Shown: piece by piece, positions 40,634 to 56,934 of the stretch
Layout: the number at the start of each line of letters is the position of its first letter
Position numbering within the stretch: the stretch's first letter is position 1
Source: Eledone cirrhosa
Taxonomy: Eukaryota
Assembly (NCBI GenBank): GCA_964016885.1
Contig: OZ024743.1
Location: 334,428,001-334,492,000, forward strand
DNA: 64,000 nt
Reading direction: 5' to 3'
The notes under the pieces: model-generated
The model's input: only the letters and a program-made list of their open reading frames with translations
Told to the model about the DNA's origin: nothing
Database searches by the model: none
Program-made: the position numbers and the translations under genes

Positions 40634-40792
40634 GTTATACTTGGGGAGGGTCATATTTGTGTAATATTTCAAAGAATTAATAACAGAACACATTCACTGT
40701 TTGGTTGGTTTTCGCTTTTCGCTTCTGTGTCTTTTATATCGGTAATCTAATATACTCGGTCCTCAATGTTGCCATTGACTGACCGACGGTCA
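40634..40792 (-). mobile_element. Solo PLE terminus (family D) in (TA)n
   Basis: Matches 34858-35015. Confidence 0.9.
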
Positions 40793-41945
<1,153 letters not shown>

Positions 41946-42044
41946 GAAGTAATTCCATCGGAAAAGTCCAGGAAAAAAGAGTGCTCTATGTAAGCAACAG
42001 AGCTTAATTATTATTATTATGTAATAAACAACATAAGGCAATTA

Positions 42045-42104
42045 TTCCATTTACCAGTGGTTTCTTAAAAGCAAAAGGTTTTGCTTTCAATCCTCAGAAT
42101 GAAA
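42045..42104 (-). ncRNA. Type I hammerhead ribozyme motif (family F)
   Basis: UUCAUU-CUGAGGA-UUGAAAGCAAAA cc UUUUGCUUUUAA-GAA-ACC acu GGU-A-AAUGGA, with a GUA site. Confidence 0.75.
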
Positions 42105-42313
42105 AATCCTGGTTTGTTTATTGAATATGGATTCTAAAAACGAAAATGCAATCTATATGAAAGTGAGGCTGGAAAAGGGAGAAGGAAAGGAAAAATAAAA
42201 TAAAATAAAACTACACATGCAAACACACACAAAAAAACCCAAAAGCATACTTACACACACACACATATATACACATATAATTTGCACGCATACACATATA
42301 CACATACACATAC

Positions 42314-42364
<51 letters not shown>

Positions 42365-42469
42365 CATACACATACATACACATATATATATATAAAGAGC
42401 GTACACCTACACACACATACACATATATATACACACATATACACATACATATATTCATACATACACACG

Positions 42470-42505
<36 letters not shown>

Positions 42506-42527
42506 TATACATACACATGTACATATC

Positions 42528-42569
<42 letters not shown>

Positions 42570-43325
42570 CATATACACACACATACACATATACATACAC
42601 ACACACACACATGTGTGTGTACAAGCCTACACATACACACACACATATATATACACACACATATACATACATTCACACAAACATACAACGTACATACATA
42701 CATACACATACATGAATGCACTCCACTACATATTAACACACGCAAATAAATATAAGAAAAAAATATATATAAATAATATTAACAAATAATTGACAGCGAT
42801 ACATGCCCCAGCTAACAGGACAGACACGCGTGGTAAGTAATACACACATAAGCGCATATACATACGTTCGAAATAGTAAACACATACACACACTCTCACA
42901 CATAAATATACATATACAAATACATAAACACGTACATACACATACATACGCAAACACGTACACGTATACAATATAAACACACACATGTATATGTAATTAT
43001 ATACACACACACACACATATACATATATATATATATATATACATACAAAATATAAAAATATAAACGCACACACACATATAAATACGTAAACACACATATA
43101 CATACATAGCTAAACAATTATACACATGCAAATACGTATATATCAAAAGAACGCACAACCAAATACAAACACACACACATATATACACACACACACACCC
43201 ACACACAAACCCACACATACATAAAAATAAATAAAAACACACGCAACATATACATACATACACATACATATACATATATACATATATACATATACATATA
43301 TATATATACACATACATATACACAA

Positions 43326-43359
<34 letters not shown>

Positions 43360-43501
43360 ACGTACACATACACACATGCATACACATACACACACACATA
43401 TACATGTGTGTATGTGTAAAGCTCAGTATTAGATAAGACAAATGAACCTTACATAAACGTATATATAGTAGTAAAGTAATAAAGCCATACAAGGCAATTA
43501 A

Positions 43502-43560
43502 TCCATTCACCAGAGGTTTCTTAAAAGCAAAAAAAGTTTCCTTCAATCTTCAGAATGAAA
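43502..43560 (-). ncRNA. Hammerhead motif (family F), probably inactive GUG site
   Basis: UUCAUU-CUGAAGA-UUGAAG..CUUUUAA-GAA-ACC ucu GGU-G-AAUGGA. Confidence 0.55.
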
Positions 43561-43599
43561 TATACAAATATATACACACATACAGACACGCACACACAC

Positions 43600-43631
<32 letters not shown>

Positions 43632-43953
43632 GTACATATATATATATATATATATACAGACATATATACATACACACATATACACACACATACATATACA
43701 TACATACATACACATATATATACATACACAAACATACACGTACACATATACATATATACACACAAAAATACATACACATACACATAGGTATGTGAAGGGC
43801 AAAACAAAAAGAATATATGGGGTGGGGGCCTAGAGGAGGTAAAAATATAAAGGGAGGTAAGGGAGAAAAAAATATTTTTTAAAAAAACAAGAGTACAGAA
43901 GGTAGAAGCAGCAAAATAAAAGCCGTAGCAAAAGTAAAGAGCAGAGAAGGAGT

Positions 43954-44394
43954 TCAAGGCGGTTGATTTATCGTAGGAGTGTCAATCCAGTTACAGATCA
44001 GATGCGATTTCAGATGAGGACAGCATCTGAAGATCTCAGTCTTAGAGTTAAGGCAAGCGGAAGTGTCTCTCAAGTTTAGCAAAATCCTATACTTTTCTGT
44101 GGTACACAAAGAACAATTCTTTGTGCCCCTTTGGTACTCCCTCGAATGGTCTAATATAGACCAATCAATAGAGTACGGGATATTACTATCCTTGAGATCC
44201 CATACCTTACTTGCGAGGGCCGTTGATGTTCGTTTATCTGAGTGTTTAAAAGAAGCGACATGTGAGTAAAATCTGGTTTTAAACCTGTCCTGGGTCATAC
44301 CGACATATCGCTCGCTTCTGGCTGGCTGGTTGTTGATAACTGGCGTTATTTTAGCCTCATAAACGACAGATTTTGTTTTACATTTACCCTGCAT
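43954..44394 (-). pseudogene. PLE GIY-YIG endonuclease C-terminal fragment (open frame, 5'-truncated)
   Basis: GKCKTKSVVY...YVGMT..RFKTRFYSH...TALASKVWDLK...CSLCTTEK...LNSKTEIFRCCPH. Confidence 0.88.
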
Positions 44395-44409
44395 ATATAT
44401 ATATATAGA

Positions 44410-45128
44410 TTTACATTCCCAAATGCCTTTTAAAGCGTAACTTTCCGTATTTATTACAGTTGAGAGATGTGATTGTTTTTAGGTATCATTTCTCTGTTTT
44501 TAGCCTACGAAAATATCTATATGCGTGTGTAATTAATACACGCATACATTTATTTTTTAAAAATTAATTGAGTTCTTATCACGCAGGATTGATAATGTTT
44601 TTGAAAAAAAATATTAACCCACGTGTATATTATTTTACTTTTCTCGTGAATCGTGGTTGTCTCCATTTTCCGCTTCGTGACGCTATGATACTTCCTCAGT
44701 CAAAAGACTGCTGGAATTTCAGATTTGGCGGTCATTCGATGCGTGAAGGAACAACTTAGCGGACACGAAAATTAACTGTGGTAAGGAATTTTTTCTTATA
44801 TCAAAGTTTAATGGGCTTCCTCTGACGATTTATAAGTGCTCACCTAAATATTTTCTTACATGAAAATATGTTAGGCTTCTACATAAACTGGAAACATTCT
44901 CCAAACTTGTAGAAAACTTATAATGAAACAATTGTTTGGAAAGAGAGATATATTTTAAATTTAATTATATCTCATATAAAATAATACAACTGGCTTTCCA
45001 CAAAATACATTTAGTTAGCTCCCCAAACACTGAAATTGGGTTTTTACTAACGTATAACCTAATGTTTGTTGAGTGAGATGCTTACCAGTCGGAGTTTAGC
45101 TTAAAGCTATCTCTGTTATTGTATTAAA
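44410..45128 (+). mobile_element. Non-coding element of about 700 bp in (TA)n carrying an enlarged hammerhead (family G)
   Basis: Homologous to 51045-52000 and to the 3' fragment 50815-51000. All end CTATCTCTGTTATTGTATTAAATA. Confidence 0.8.
44817..44941 (+). ncRNA. Hammerhead with branched stem II (family G, copy 1)
   Basis: UUCCU-CUGACGA-U-UUAUAAGU...ACUUAUAA-U-GAA-ACAAUUGU-U-UGGAA. Confidence 0.6.
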
Positions 45129-45142
45129 TATATATATATATA

Positions 45143-45175
<33 letters not shown>

Positions 45176-45249
45176 TTATATATATATATATATATTTATA
45201 TACTTATATATATATATATATTTATATACTTATATAATTTATCGAAAGA

Positions 45250-45311
<62 letters not shown>

Positions 45312-45381
45312 TATACTTATATATATATATATATACTTATATATATATACTTATATATATATATACTTATATATATATATA

Positions 45382-45470
<89 letters not shown>

Positions 45471-45593
45471 TTATATATATATATACTTATATATATATAT
45501 ATATATATATATACTTATATATATATATATATATATACATATATCTACTTATATATATATACATATATATATATATACTTATATATATATATT

Positions 45594-47965
45594 GTTATAC
45601 TTTGGGAGGGTCATGTTGCCAATAAGAAACACACGCACCAGTTGCTTTCACTATAATTTATTATAATAAATTTATAATAAATTCATAAATTTATAAATTT
45701 CTGGTTGGTTGGTTGGTTCCACAACCAGATAGTTGTTTATATATTGTCATAGTTCTTTCGTCACACACTCTGTGACCTCTTCAGTGACTGGGGTTCCTTT
45801 CTTTGTTTCTGTGCCTCTCCTTTGTTCTGTCCTACGCCATTTTGTTTCTGTGTGTGTGTCGTATGCTCAGTCTGCGCATGCGCCACATCCGGGTGTCTGT
45901 GTGTGTTTATGTTCATTTATTTATTTGTTTATTTACATGTTACTGGTTGGTTGTTTGTTCTATGTGTGTGTGTTTTTTCATTTTGTCCTTAATTGTAAGT
46001 TGCGATGTTGTCGTTCCACTCATATTTTCTATTTAATTTTGGTTGTAATTCTTTTATGTTTATTGCCTCTGTGATTTGTTTAAACATTGCGTCTTTTCTG
46101 TGTGTAGATTCTATTTTTATTTCTATGCTCTCTAATCTACCCCTGTGTTCTATCTTAGCATGTTGGTAGAGTACAGATGATTCTTTACTATCTTGAAGGT
46201 CTCGCCAGTGTTCATTTATCCGTTCCCCTACACTACGAGCTGTCTCACCTATGTACCCTATATTTTTGTCTCTACACTGTCCTTCAGTACATCTTATGCT
46301 ATACACTACATTTCTAGTTTTACAGTTAATATGGGGGCTTATTTTACAGGTTATACATTTCTTATCTATACATGAGGGTCTTTGAAAAGGGGATGTCTTG
46401 CTAATAAGTGTTTTTACGGAGATACCTGGTATTTCTACTATCTTAATATTGAGTTTATGTTTATCTAGGGCCCTTCTAAATTTGTAAGCTAATTCACCTC
46501 TAGGGGTTGTATCGATGAACATTACACTCTGGTATTTATTGCTATCATACGATGAGTTTATTCTATTAGCCTTGTTCCTAGTTCCTTCTATTCTATTCCA
46601 AAATTTGCTCCTATACAAGGGCAGGTCCCATTTATGTCATTATTTACCATTTTTTCCCATTTGGTTCTGGCTCCTCTATACACTCTGATTTTATCTCACT
46701 GTTTGTAGCCAGAGAACTGCATACGGTAGATGAAGTGTTGTATGTGTCTCTCTAGTTCTTCGGGGTTGCACATGCGGGACACGTTTCTCATCACCCGTAC
46801 CAAATCCGCAATCAGTATGTTGATTTTGGTATGGTCCGAAACGGCCGAGTTTCGGTGGATCAGATGTTTGTAAGTCATGGGTTTGGCATAATGGGAATGG
46901 AGGATTTGTTTTTTGTTATTAATGGTATCTAACCAGAGCTCTGTGTCTAGTACAGGTAATCGATGGTTGGGGTGTTTACTTGGGTAGTCTATAGTAACTC
47001 TAATGCTCTGGTGGATGGAGTTAGCTATTTGCTGGATGCTTTCCATTGTGTTTTTCTCTAGTTCCTGACTGTTCTATAGTGGGGGTGTCTTAACTACGAT
47101 GTTTATATCATCAACGTAGCGGGAGTACATTATCAGGGTTAAGGGGTCTTCTAATTGTTCTTTAATTTTAAGTTTAAGTCTACTGTCCCACCATACCATG
47201 AATAAGTTAGCTATGTCGCCTACAATGCTAACACAAATGGCTGCTCCTTCCTCTTGGGCATATGTTTTTCCATTAAATTTGAACATATGTTCCTTAAGGG
47301 TTAGTTTTATGCTGGCCCCTACCGCATGTGCAATCATTTTCTTCAGTTCATCGTGGTTTTCGGGTGTCCGTATGGCTCTGGTCCACCCGTTCCATCTATC
47401 TGTGTGGGTTTTCTTGGCCATTGAGGTAATGGTAGGTGGTCTGCCTCTTGCTGGTCTTGTAGGGCACAGGTTGGTAAGGTCATATGTGTCTAGGTAATTG
47501 TAATTATTACTATAGGTAAGTTTAAGTAGGAGTCCCAGCTCACTGGTATCGATCCCACGGAACTCAACATTGCTCTCACTGATCATTTCTACGCATTTCT
47601 CCACAGCAAAATCCACGTCAATAGATGGAAACAGGGACACAACATCCATACTACCTATTATGCAGTTTGTTAGGTCCCTAGATCGGTTACTCTCGCCGAT
47701 TCTGCTGAGGAGGTCCTCCGTGCTGTCACATACATCTGGGGACATTTCAATGATAGGGCGTATGATCAGAGAGAGGAAGTAGGACACTCTGTAGTTACTA
47801 GCAATGTTAGCCCCACAGACTGGCCGTGTTGGTGGTCCCGTGACAGAGTCACTGCCCGTTTTATGGTCTTTTCGAAGACCATACAACGCCGGCACGTCAT
47901 TGTTCCAGGCCTGGAAGTTGTTGGCAGTCCTTTTGTTGGGCTGCATTATATTCGTCCACATCACC
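45594..47965 (-). mobile_element. 5'-truncated PLE (RT + GIY-YIG), sister family of the 36-40 kb element
   Basis: ORFs 47074-47967, 46696-47046 and 45989-46618 align with the plus-strand element. The 3' end reads ATGACCCTCCCAAAGTATAAC. (TA)n lies on both sides. Confidence 0.92.
45725..45792 (-). ncRNA. Hammerhead-like core (family E)
   Basis: CUGAAGA-G-GUCACA gagug UGUGAC-GAAA at the same pLTR position as family D. Stems I and III are not clear. Confidence 0.45.
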
Positions 47966-48151
47966 ATATATATATATACTTATATATATATATATACTTA
48001 TATATATATATATATATACTTATATATATATATATATATAATTACATATATATATATATACTTATTTATATATATATATACTTATATATATATATATACT
48101 TATAAATATATATATATACTTATATATATATATATATATATATATAATTAC

Positions 48152-48188
<37 letters not shown>

Positions 48189-48243
48189 CTTATTTATATA
48201 TATATACACTTATATATATACTTATATATATACTTATATATAT

Positions 48244-48311
<68 letters not shown>

Positions 48312-48434
48312 GGAGGTGAGTTTTATTGTAGTACAATAAAGCAATGCAGATATCGGATAAGAAGCACTCTACAGTTTGTGGGACTGGAGTATGCATAATA
48401 TAAGATCAAAAGATGGTTAAAGGAGTGCCATATA

Positions 48435-48501
48435 TTTTATTATGCGCATTTCAAAAACAAACATCATCAAACAATAATATTAGCGTTTTCATCAGATAAA
48501 A
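48435..48501 (-). ncRNA. Type I hammerhead ribozyme motif (family H, left arm)
   Basis: Reverse complement of 48614-48680 with one stem II difference. Confidence 0.7.
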
Positions 48502-48613
48502 CAGGAGAACATGATATGAAGGCTAAAAGACACTTGTTGATAGTGCAGTGTTATGTTGATTTAAAACTGCACTATCAGCAAGTGTCTTTTAGCCTTCATA
48601 TCATGTTCTCCTG

Positions 48614-48680
48614 TTTTATCTGATGAAAACGCAAATATTATTGTTTGATGATGTTTGTTTTTGAAATGCGCATAATAAAA
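48614..48680 (+). ncRNA. Type I hammerhead ribozyme motif (family H, right arm)
   Basis: UUUUAU-CUGAUGA-AAAC.CAAAUAUUA..UGAUGUUUGUUUUU-GAA-AUGCGCAU-A-AUAAAA, with palindromic stem III. Confidence 0.78.
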
Positions 48681-48712
48681 TATATGGAACTCCTTTAACC
48701 AACTTTTGATCT

Positions 48713-48824
<112 letters not shown>

Positions 48825-48929
48825 TTATATATATATATATATATACTTATATATATATATATATATATATATACTTATATATATATATATATACTTATAT
48901 ATATATATACTTATATATATATATATATA

Positions 48930-48998
<69 letters not shown>

Positions 48999-49070
48999 TT
49001 ATATATATATATATATATACTTATATATATATATATATATATATATACTTATATATATATATATATATAA

Positions 49071-50704
<1,634 letters not shown>

Positions 50705-50814
50705 TTAATATCATAAATATACTCCAAATACTTGTTGAGTGCTTTTATATCAGTTATAAATATTTACTCGTTGTTAACCCAACAATTTAAATATAACTTT
50801 CCATATATACTTAT

Positions 50815-52000
50815 ATATATACTTTAACTTTAATTATATCTCATAAAATAATACAACTGGTTTTTCCACATTATACATATTGTTAGCGCCCCAAACACTT
50901 AAATTGGGTTTATATTTTAATATAACCTAATGTTTGTTGAGTGAGATGGTTACCAGTCAGAGTTTAGCTTTAAACTATCTCTGTTATTGTATTAAATATT
51001 TACTCTTGATTGGCCAGAGGTGTTTATTTCCAGGTACCTTATGAATTTGACTTTCCGTATTTATTACTGTTGTGAAATATTGTGGCTTTTTTTGGTTGTA
51101 ACTTCTCTGTTTTTTAGCCAAGGAAAATATTTATATATATGGCTACGTATATAATTACATGCATATATGTATTTATTTTCTTTTATTAATTGAGTTCTTT
51201 ACACGAGGAATTAATATTGGTTTTGAAATAACTAATTAACTCGCGTGCGTTTTATATTTTACTCTTAATAATTCGGCCGGAGAATTATATTCCCATTTGC
51301 CCTTTATAGCATAACTTTCTGCATTTACTGCGATTATGAGAAGCGGTTCTTATTCGGGTACAACTTCTGATTTAGCCTAAGAAAATATCTATATGCGTGT
51401 GTAATTTATACAAGCATATATTTATTTTTTTATTTTCAATTGAGTTCTTAAACATGTTGGATTGATAATGTTTTCAAAAAAACTAATTAACCCGCGTGTA
51501 TATTATTTTTTTTCCTCATTTCGTGGGTTGTCTCCCCTTCCCGCTTCGTGTCGCTATGATACTTCCTCAGTCAAAAACTGCTGGAATTTCAAATTTGGCG
51601 GTCATTCGAGGTGAGAGAGAGTAACTTTACGGACATGATTTTTGACAGCGGTAAGAAATTGTTTTCTTATATCAATGTTTAATGGGCTTCCACTGATGAT
51701 TTATAAGTGCCCACCTAAATATATTCTTACTTGAATATATATTAGGCTTCTACATAAACTGGAAACATTCTCCGAAACTTGTAGAAAACTTATAATGAAA
51801 CAATTGTTTGGAAAGAGAGATATACTTTAACTTTAATTATATCTCATAAAATAATACAACTGGTTTTTCCACATTATACATATTGTTAGCACCCCAAACA
51901 CTTAAATTGGATTTATATTTTAATATAACCTAATGTTTGTTGAGTGAGATGGTTACCAGTCAGAGTTTAGCTTTAAACTATCTCTGTTATTGTATTAAAT
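50815..52000 (+). mobile_element. Family G element, partial tandem
   Basis: 3' fragment 50815-51000 followed by a longer copy with an internally duplicated 5' block. Confidence 0.75.
51688..51813 (+). ncRNA. Hammerhead with branched stem II (family G, copy 2)
   Basis: Stem I UUCCA/UGGAA, CUGAUGA, stem II UUAUAAGU/ACUUAUAA enclosing two hairpins, GAAA, palindromic ACAAUUGU and a GUU site. Confidence 0.7.
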
Positions 52001-52065
52001 ACTTATATATATATATATATACTTATATATATATATACTTATATATATATATATATATATATATA

Positions 52066-52110
<45 letters not shown>

Positions 52111-52123
52111 TTATATATATATA

Positions 52124-52960
52124 ACTTTGATAGGTTTCGGCCAGTATTGGCCCAGGCCATGTCTAACTTAATAGCACCACCTGGCGAAGTCTTACAAATC
52201 AGTGTTTGGGCACCATGGCCCACTCGAGCAGAGAGTTATTGTTTGCGGAGGCATATCCGGGTGTAGGAGGCTTATCCCGGATTTCTTGAAGGAATTTATC
52301 CAATGTCTTCTTGAACTTGATGGGATCTGTCTCTGCTTTGATGTGTTTTGGTGTAATGTTAAAGATTGCAGGGCCAATTGAGGTGAAATAATTGTGCCGT
52401 ATTGTTCTTATATGATGCGAGTGGGATGTTTGTCCTGGGCGGATAGCATGGGGCCCAAGCCTTGGGTGTACACTAAAGGTGATGCCAACATCATTTGGGC
52501 AAAGCTGATGGAATATTTTCCGCATCATACAGATAATGTAGCGCTCAGGGCGACGTTGAAGAGAATAATGTTTGAGCTTTTCTAATCGACCCCAATAGTC
52601 AAGGCCTGTAATGCCATCTATCTTTATTGTAATTGACCTTTGGGGTGCTTCAACTTTTATGATACTTTGTTTCGTGTGGGGTGACCACAGTGGACAACAG
52701 TATTCAAGGTGGGATCGGGCAAAAGTGGAGAAGAGAAGGACAACTGTGGATATCTCTCGACTGGAAAGTTCTGAGAATCCAGGAACACATTCTGCGGGCC
52801 ATATCAACTTTGCTGTTTATATGAGTGGCCCAGCTTATATTGTTGTCCACAATTACTCCCAGGTCTCTGATGTTATTGGAAGCCACTAGAGTTTCACCCG
52901 AAGGAAGAGAGTATGGTAGTTTCAGGGCATCCTTTTTTCCAAAGTGGATTAGTTCAAATT
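52124..52960 (-). mobile_element. CR1/L2-group LINE 3' fragment in (TA)n
   Basis: IRDLGVIVD, RSHLEYCCPLWSP, DYWGRLEKLKHYSLQRR.ERY, GPAIFN...DKPPTPGY. Confidence 0.88.
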
Positions 52961-53281
52961 TATATATATATATATATTAGGTAGAGCGTACAGAATACTC
53001 AATGCAATATATGTCAGGCCGTTAATAACAAATCAATTTATAAGTGAAAATATACACTTATAGACGTGCCAACATTGTGAAGAAGTAACAATAACATTTA
53101 TGAAACTCGGAAACATAACATCATAACATTTAAGGTGGTCCTCAACATCATTTGAAAATATAATATAAAGAAATATCTGAATACGGCAAGAATGTCTAAA
53201 TATTTTTCTTCTGACTCTAATCAATTGCTTTAATTATGATAGGAATACAAATTTGTGCATCCCAATGTAAATGACCATAAT

Positions 53282-53473
53282 AATGGTTTCTACTTTTGGC
53301 ACAAGGCCAGCAATTACACCAGTGCATTACTTGTGCTGTATTTTATCGACCCCGTAAGGATGAAAGGCAAAGTTAACCTCGGCAGGATTTGAACTCAGAC
53401 CATAAAGAGCCGTAACTCTTTGCTGCAAAGCATGGCGTCCAACTCTCTACCGATACTACCAATCCACCGCCCT
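53282..53473 (-). mobile_element. Meta-like SINE
   Basis: Consensus match with an ACCATAATAAT duplication. Confidence 0.85.
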
Positions 53474-53554
53474 AATAACCATAATAATTGTTTCTAGTAT
53501 TTCTTTTGATTTCTAGTATCCCTCTGACCATAATAATAACAGCTAACTATAAAT

Positions 53555-53718
53555 GAGGTATGGGCAATATTTTTCGAGCACTGGGCCGCATAGGATGTGG
53601 CTCATCATAAGGCGGGCCGCACTACTACAAAGTTCAATGAATTTTTGAAATTAGGCGTGCCATTCAGAAAGCCAAACGGGTTACATGCGGCTCAGGGGCC
53701 GCAGTTTGTCCATGACTA
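53555..53718. mobile_element. hAT-type MITE
   Basis: TIRs AGGTATGGGCAA/TTGTCCATGACT. Inverted homolog of 60452-60601. Confidence 0.7.
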
Positions 53719-53924
53719 ATACAAATAATAGTTGAGAAAGCCGGGTAAAGAACACTGGAAACAGAAAAATATGGACAGAGGCGAATTCGAGAGATGTGAG
53801 GTTCGTTACCTCTTAAACAACCCTGACCATTATTCTCCGTCTTCAGCTACTCTTTAACCGACTTGTTCAACTATTATTTATAGTTGTCAACAATTATTAT
53901 GGCCATTTGCGATGGGACTCTAAG

Positions 53925-54150
53925 TATAAGTCTGTCTCAAGTCAGAAGGTTCGTAGGCCGGTGCTTATCCTGGTTTCGACTAAGAGTACAAGACCCCCAC
54001 TCGACAGGACCCCAGTCCATTGTAGGGCTAAAGCCTCAGCTATTGCTGGTATTTATTTTCAGCTGAGTTTATTAAGAGTAACGCAAATGAAGTGTTTTGC
54101 TGAAGAACACAACACGTAATCTAGCCCAGGAATCGAACCCTTACCACTAT
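53925..54150 (-). mobile_element. CORE/V-like SINE
   Basis: Homologous to 790-1070. Confidence 0.6.
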
Positions 54151-55229
54151 CTTTAGTAATATAGTGGAAAGTCGTAGAATTTAAAAGAAATAGTGAGAAA
54201 ATGACGTCCGAATGAGTATCCTCCACTTCCAACTAACTTATCCTCCGCCACTGGGTCTCGGCTGACAGGATGGAGAATACATTACCCCGGGGGCAGGCAA
54301 GGGAGTCGCGCTGGAACAGCCACTCCACGTGCGGACCGCCAACTCCGCTCCGTTAGCAGTGAGTAGGGATGTGGGTAGGCACACATTTCAAATTTCAATA
54401 TTTTTCCAATTCCTCTTAAGTCAAATGCTTTGTTTAGTAATTATGTTTTAAAGGGAAATTAATTTGACAGTTGATTGCCATCCGGATATTGAATGTGGAC
54501 AATATCAAAGTTGAAATATTTTGCTGTCTATATTAAATAATGCGATTGTAAACATAACAAGTTGTAATTAAAGACAGTAAATTTACTAAACATAAAAGTT
54601 GCTTCACACATCTACATCCTCTCAGCTACATTCTTATTCAGAAATATTAGAACTCCGGTGGAAGTGCCTTACAGTATCTATTGCGAACACATGCGTTCTG
54701 TGTTCAGATCCCATCGAGATCAACTTTGTCTTTCAACTTTCCAAATCGTTATATGAAGTAGCAGGTAACTACACGTCTAATTGTTAGAACATAGGACGAG
54801 ATAACTTGCTGTATTTGTTTTAGCTGTTTATTTTATTAGGTCATGACATACTTAGCTGCCATGACATACTTGGCTGGTAAACGTATACGTCATTTGATTT
54901 ATTACATCACAGGAATTGTTGGTGCCTTTAACGAGTTCTTCTTCTTCTTCTATCCCTCGCTGGCGAACCAGGGAGACTGTCCTCTCAACCAATAGACTGC
55001 TGTGGACCCCGATGATGGACTCCGATGATGATGTTCTTCCACACTTTCTATCTATGTGTGCAAAAGGAGGAGGGTGGTTGCCCAGCCGAGGTAACCAGAA
55101 CCAGGAAAATCAGGCCAGAAACAGTATGGATAGTGTTGGACAAAAGAAAGACCTTCGATATAACAGTTTTAATGTGTTTGTATTGATGTCAGAAATAAAT
55201 ATTTCACACAAAGGTTCATTATTAGTGAT

Positions 55230-55645
55230 AGAGGCGGTGGATTGGTATTATCAGTAGAGCGTCAGACAACATGCTTTGTGGCATATAGTTACGTCCCTTT
55301 ACGTTCTGAGTTTAAATCCCGCCAGGTTAGCTTTGTGTTTCATCTTTGCGGAGTCGATAAAATAAAGCACCAGTAATGCACTGGGTTCGATTTAATTGAC
55401 TTTTCCCCTTCCCTTTCAATGTGCTGCTCTTGTGCCTAAATCTAAACAACATTATTAGTATGTGAGGGCGGTGGATTGGCAGTATCGGTAGAGCGTCGGA
55501 CGCCATGCTTTGGTCCCTTTATGATCTGAGTTCAAATCCCGCCGAGGTTAACTTTGCCTTTCATCCTTACAGGGTCGATAAAATAAAGTACCAGTAATGC
55601 ACTGAGTAATTGCTGGCCTTGTGCCAAAAGTAGAAACAATTATTA
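55230..55645 (+). mobile_element. Two head-to-tail Meta-like SINE copies
   Basis: G(A/G)GGCGGTGGATTGG heads at about 55231 and 55466. Confidence 0.88.
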
Positions 55646-55992
55646 GTCTGTGATTGTCTGTACAAAGACACCATTTGAAAATATTAATTATCGATAAAGT
55701 GAAGATATTTTAAATAAGCGTTTGATATTTCTATTTTCTAAATTGGGATGTTGCTGACCCATTAAAACACCTTGCTGCCGAATTAGATATAGGTAGTTTA
55801 TATATATAGTATCAACTATGTCTTCTGCCGTATGACAAGGTATTTAATTTTCATTAACTTAGTCTGTCTGTCTACGAATAAGTGCGTATATAAGTGCAAT
55901 TAAATATTCTGAAGAGTATAGTGTTAATTTCAGTTTCTTTTGCCTTAGGAAATGAAATGTACTTGAAACATTATATGAAGAGAGAATACTCA

Positions 55993-56186
55993 CAGACCTG
56001 TAAACTCTCCCCGTCCGATGGGGAGAATCCTAGTTTTGGTTTAGTTCTCCCCGCCTTCCCGTTTTTGTGAAAATGGGTATAGCGTTCATTATATGAAATC
56101 TCCCAACATTGCCTAATTTCTCCTCACTTTTGGGCACTCTTTTTCATGGTACTCTCCGTTTGGGTTGTTAGAGGTTGGCAGGTCTG
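55993..56186. mobile_element. hAT-like MITE
   Basis: TIRs CAGACCTGTAAACTCTC / GAGGTTGGCAGGTCTG, with flanks TACTCA and TATTCA. Confidence 0.6.
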
Positions 56187-56934
56187 TATTCAGCCGTGTT
56201 CTAACGGCACAAGGTATACTGAGACTGGCCATCAGGAGACATAGGTTTTATACTTATGAAGTCAATAATGATATATAGCCTATTCTCTAAATGTTGAATG
56301 ATTATTGTGTGTCAGGAAATACAACTTAATAACTAGATAGAAAAGTTGAAATTCGGCGATACTGAATCGACCCCTGCTGATTTGCGTTCAATGGACTAGA
56401 AAATGATGGTTGATATTCTAAGAGATTGAATTCAATTCACAAGTGATTTGTTATATCAATAAAACTAACTTAAAATTCCACACTACTAAATAGTTCTAAC
56501 TTTCCCATCACAATGTTCCTCGATAAAGTTCACGATTTGACCTTCACAAATTGTATTAAGTTACAAAGCATATTATTTGTTGTGATGTTTTACGGATCAT
56601 AGAAGGAAATCAATTGTCTTTCTTATTTTTAAAACTGCTTAATTCAAATGTGAACAAGCGAAATGGCTACTGGCGATTCGTAGAGTTTCTAGACAGAACA
56701 CTTTATTTTATATTACTCCAGGTTACCAAGCTGTCAGAAATAAATATCATATCACCAGCGATGGTTTCCTGTCATAGACGGCTGTCTTATTACTGAGGAA
56801 ATTTTTCCATTAACAAATTCACGCCATGAATCAAAAGTTAAGCAGTAGATCTCGAGAGATCCTTCAGAAAATATAAGCCATATATTGATCGCTTTTCAAA
56901 TTTATTAACTCGAGTGGCTAATAATTGAGTCCAT

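Larger units (their letters stand above)
41943..44394 (-). mobile_element. 5'-truncated PLE (possibly Naiad-like) with long microsatellite-rich 3' region and two hammerheads
   Basis: GIY-YIG ORF at 43954-44394, followed by a duplicated block of about 95 bp (43465-43560 and 42010-42104). Confidence 0.7.

Noticed and set aside
54255-54375. HDV-like ribozyme (GGCTGAC...CTCCACGT), with related sequence at 32255-32405
   Set aside because: I could not find the 3' strand of P1 or a consistent P2. It is at most a two-copy dispersed repeat.
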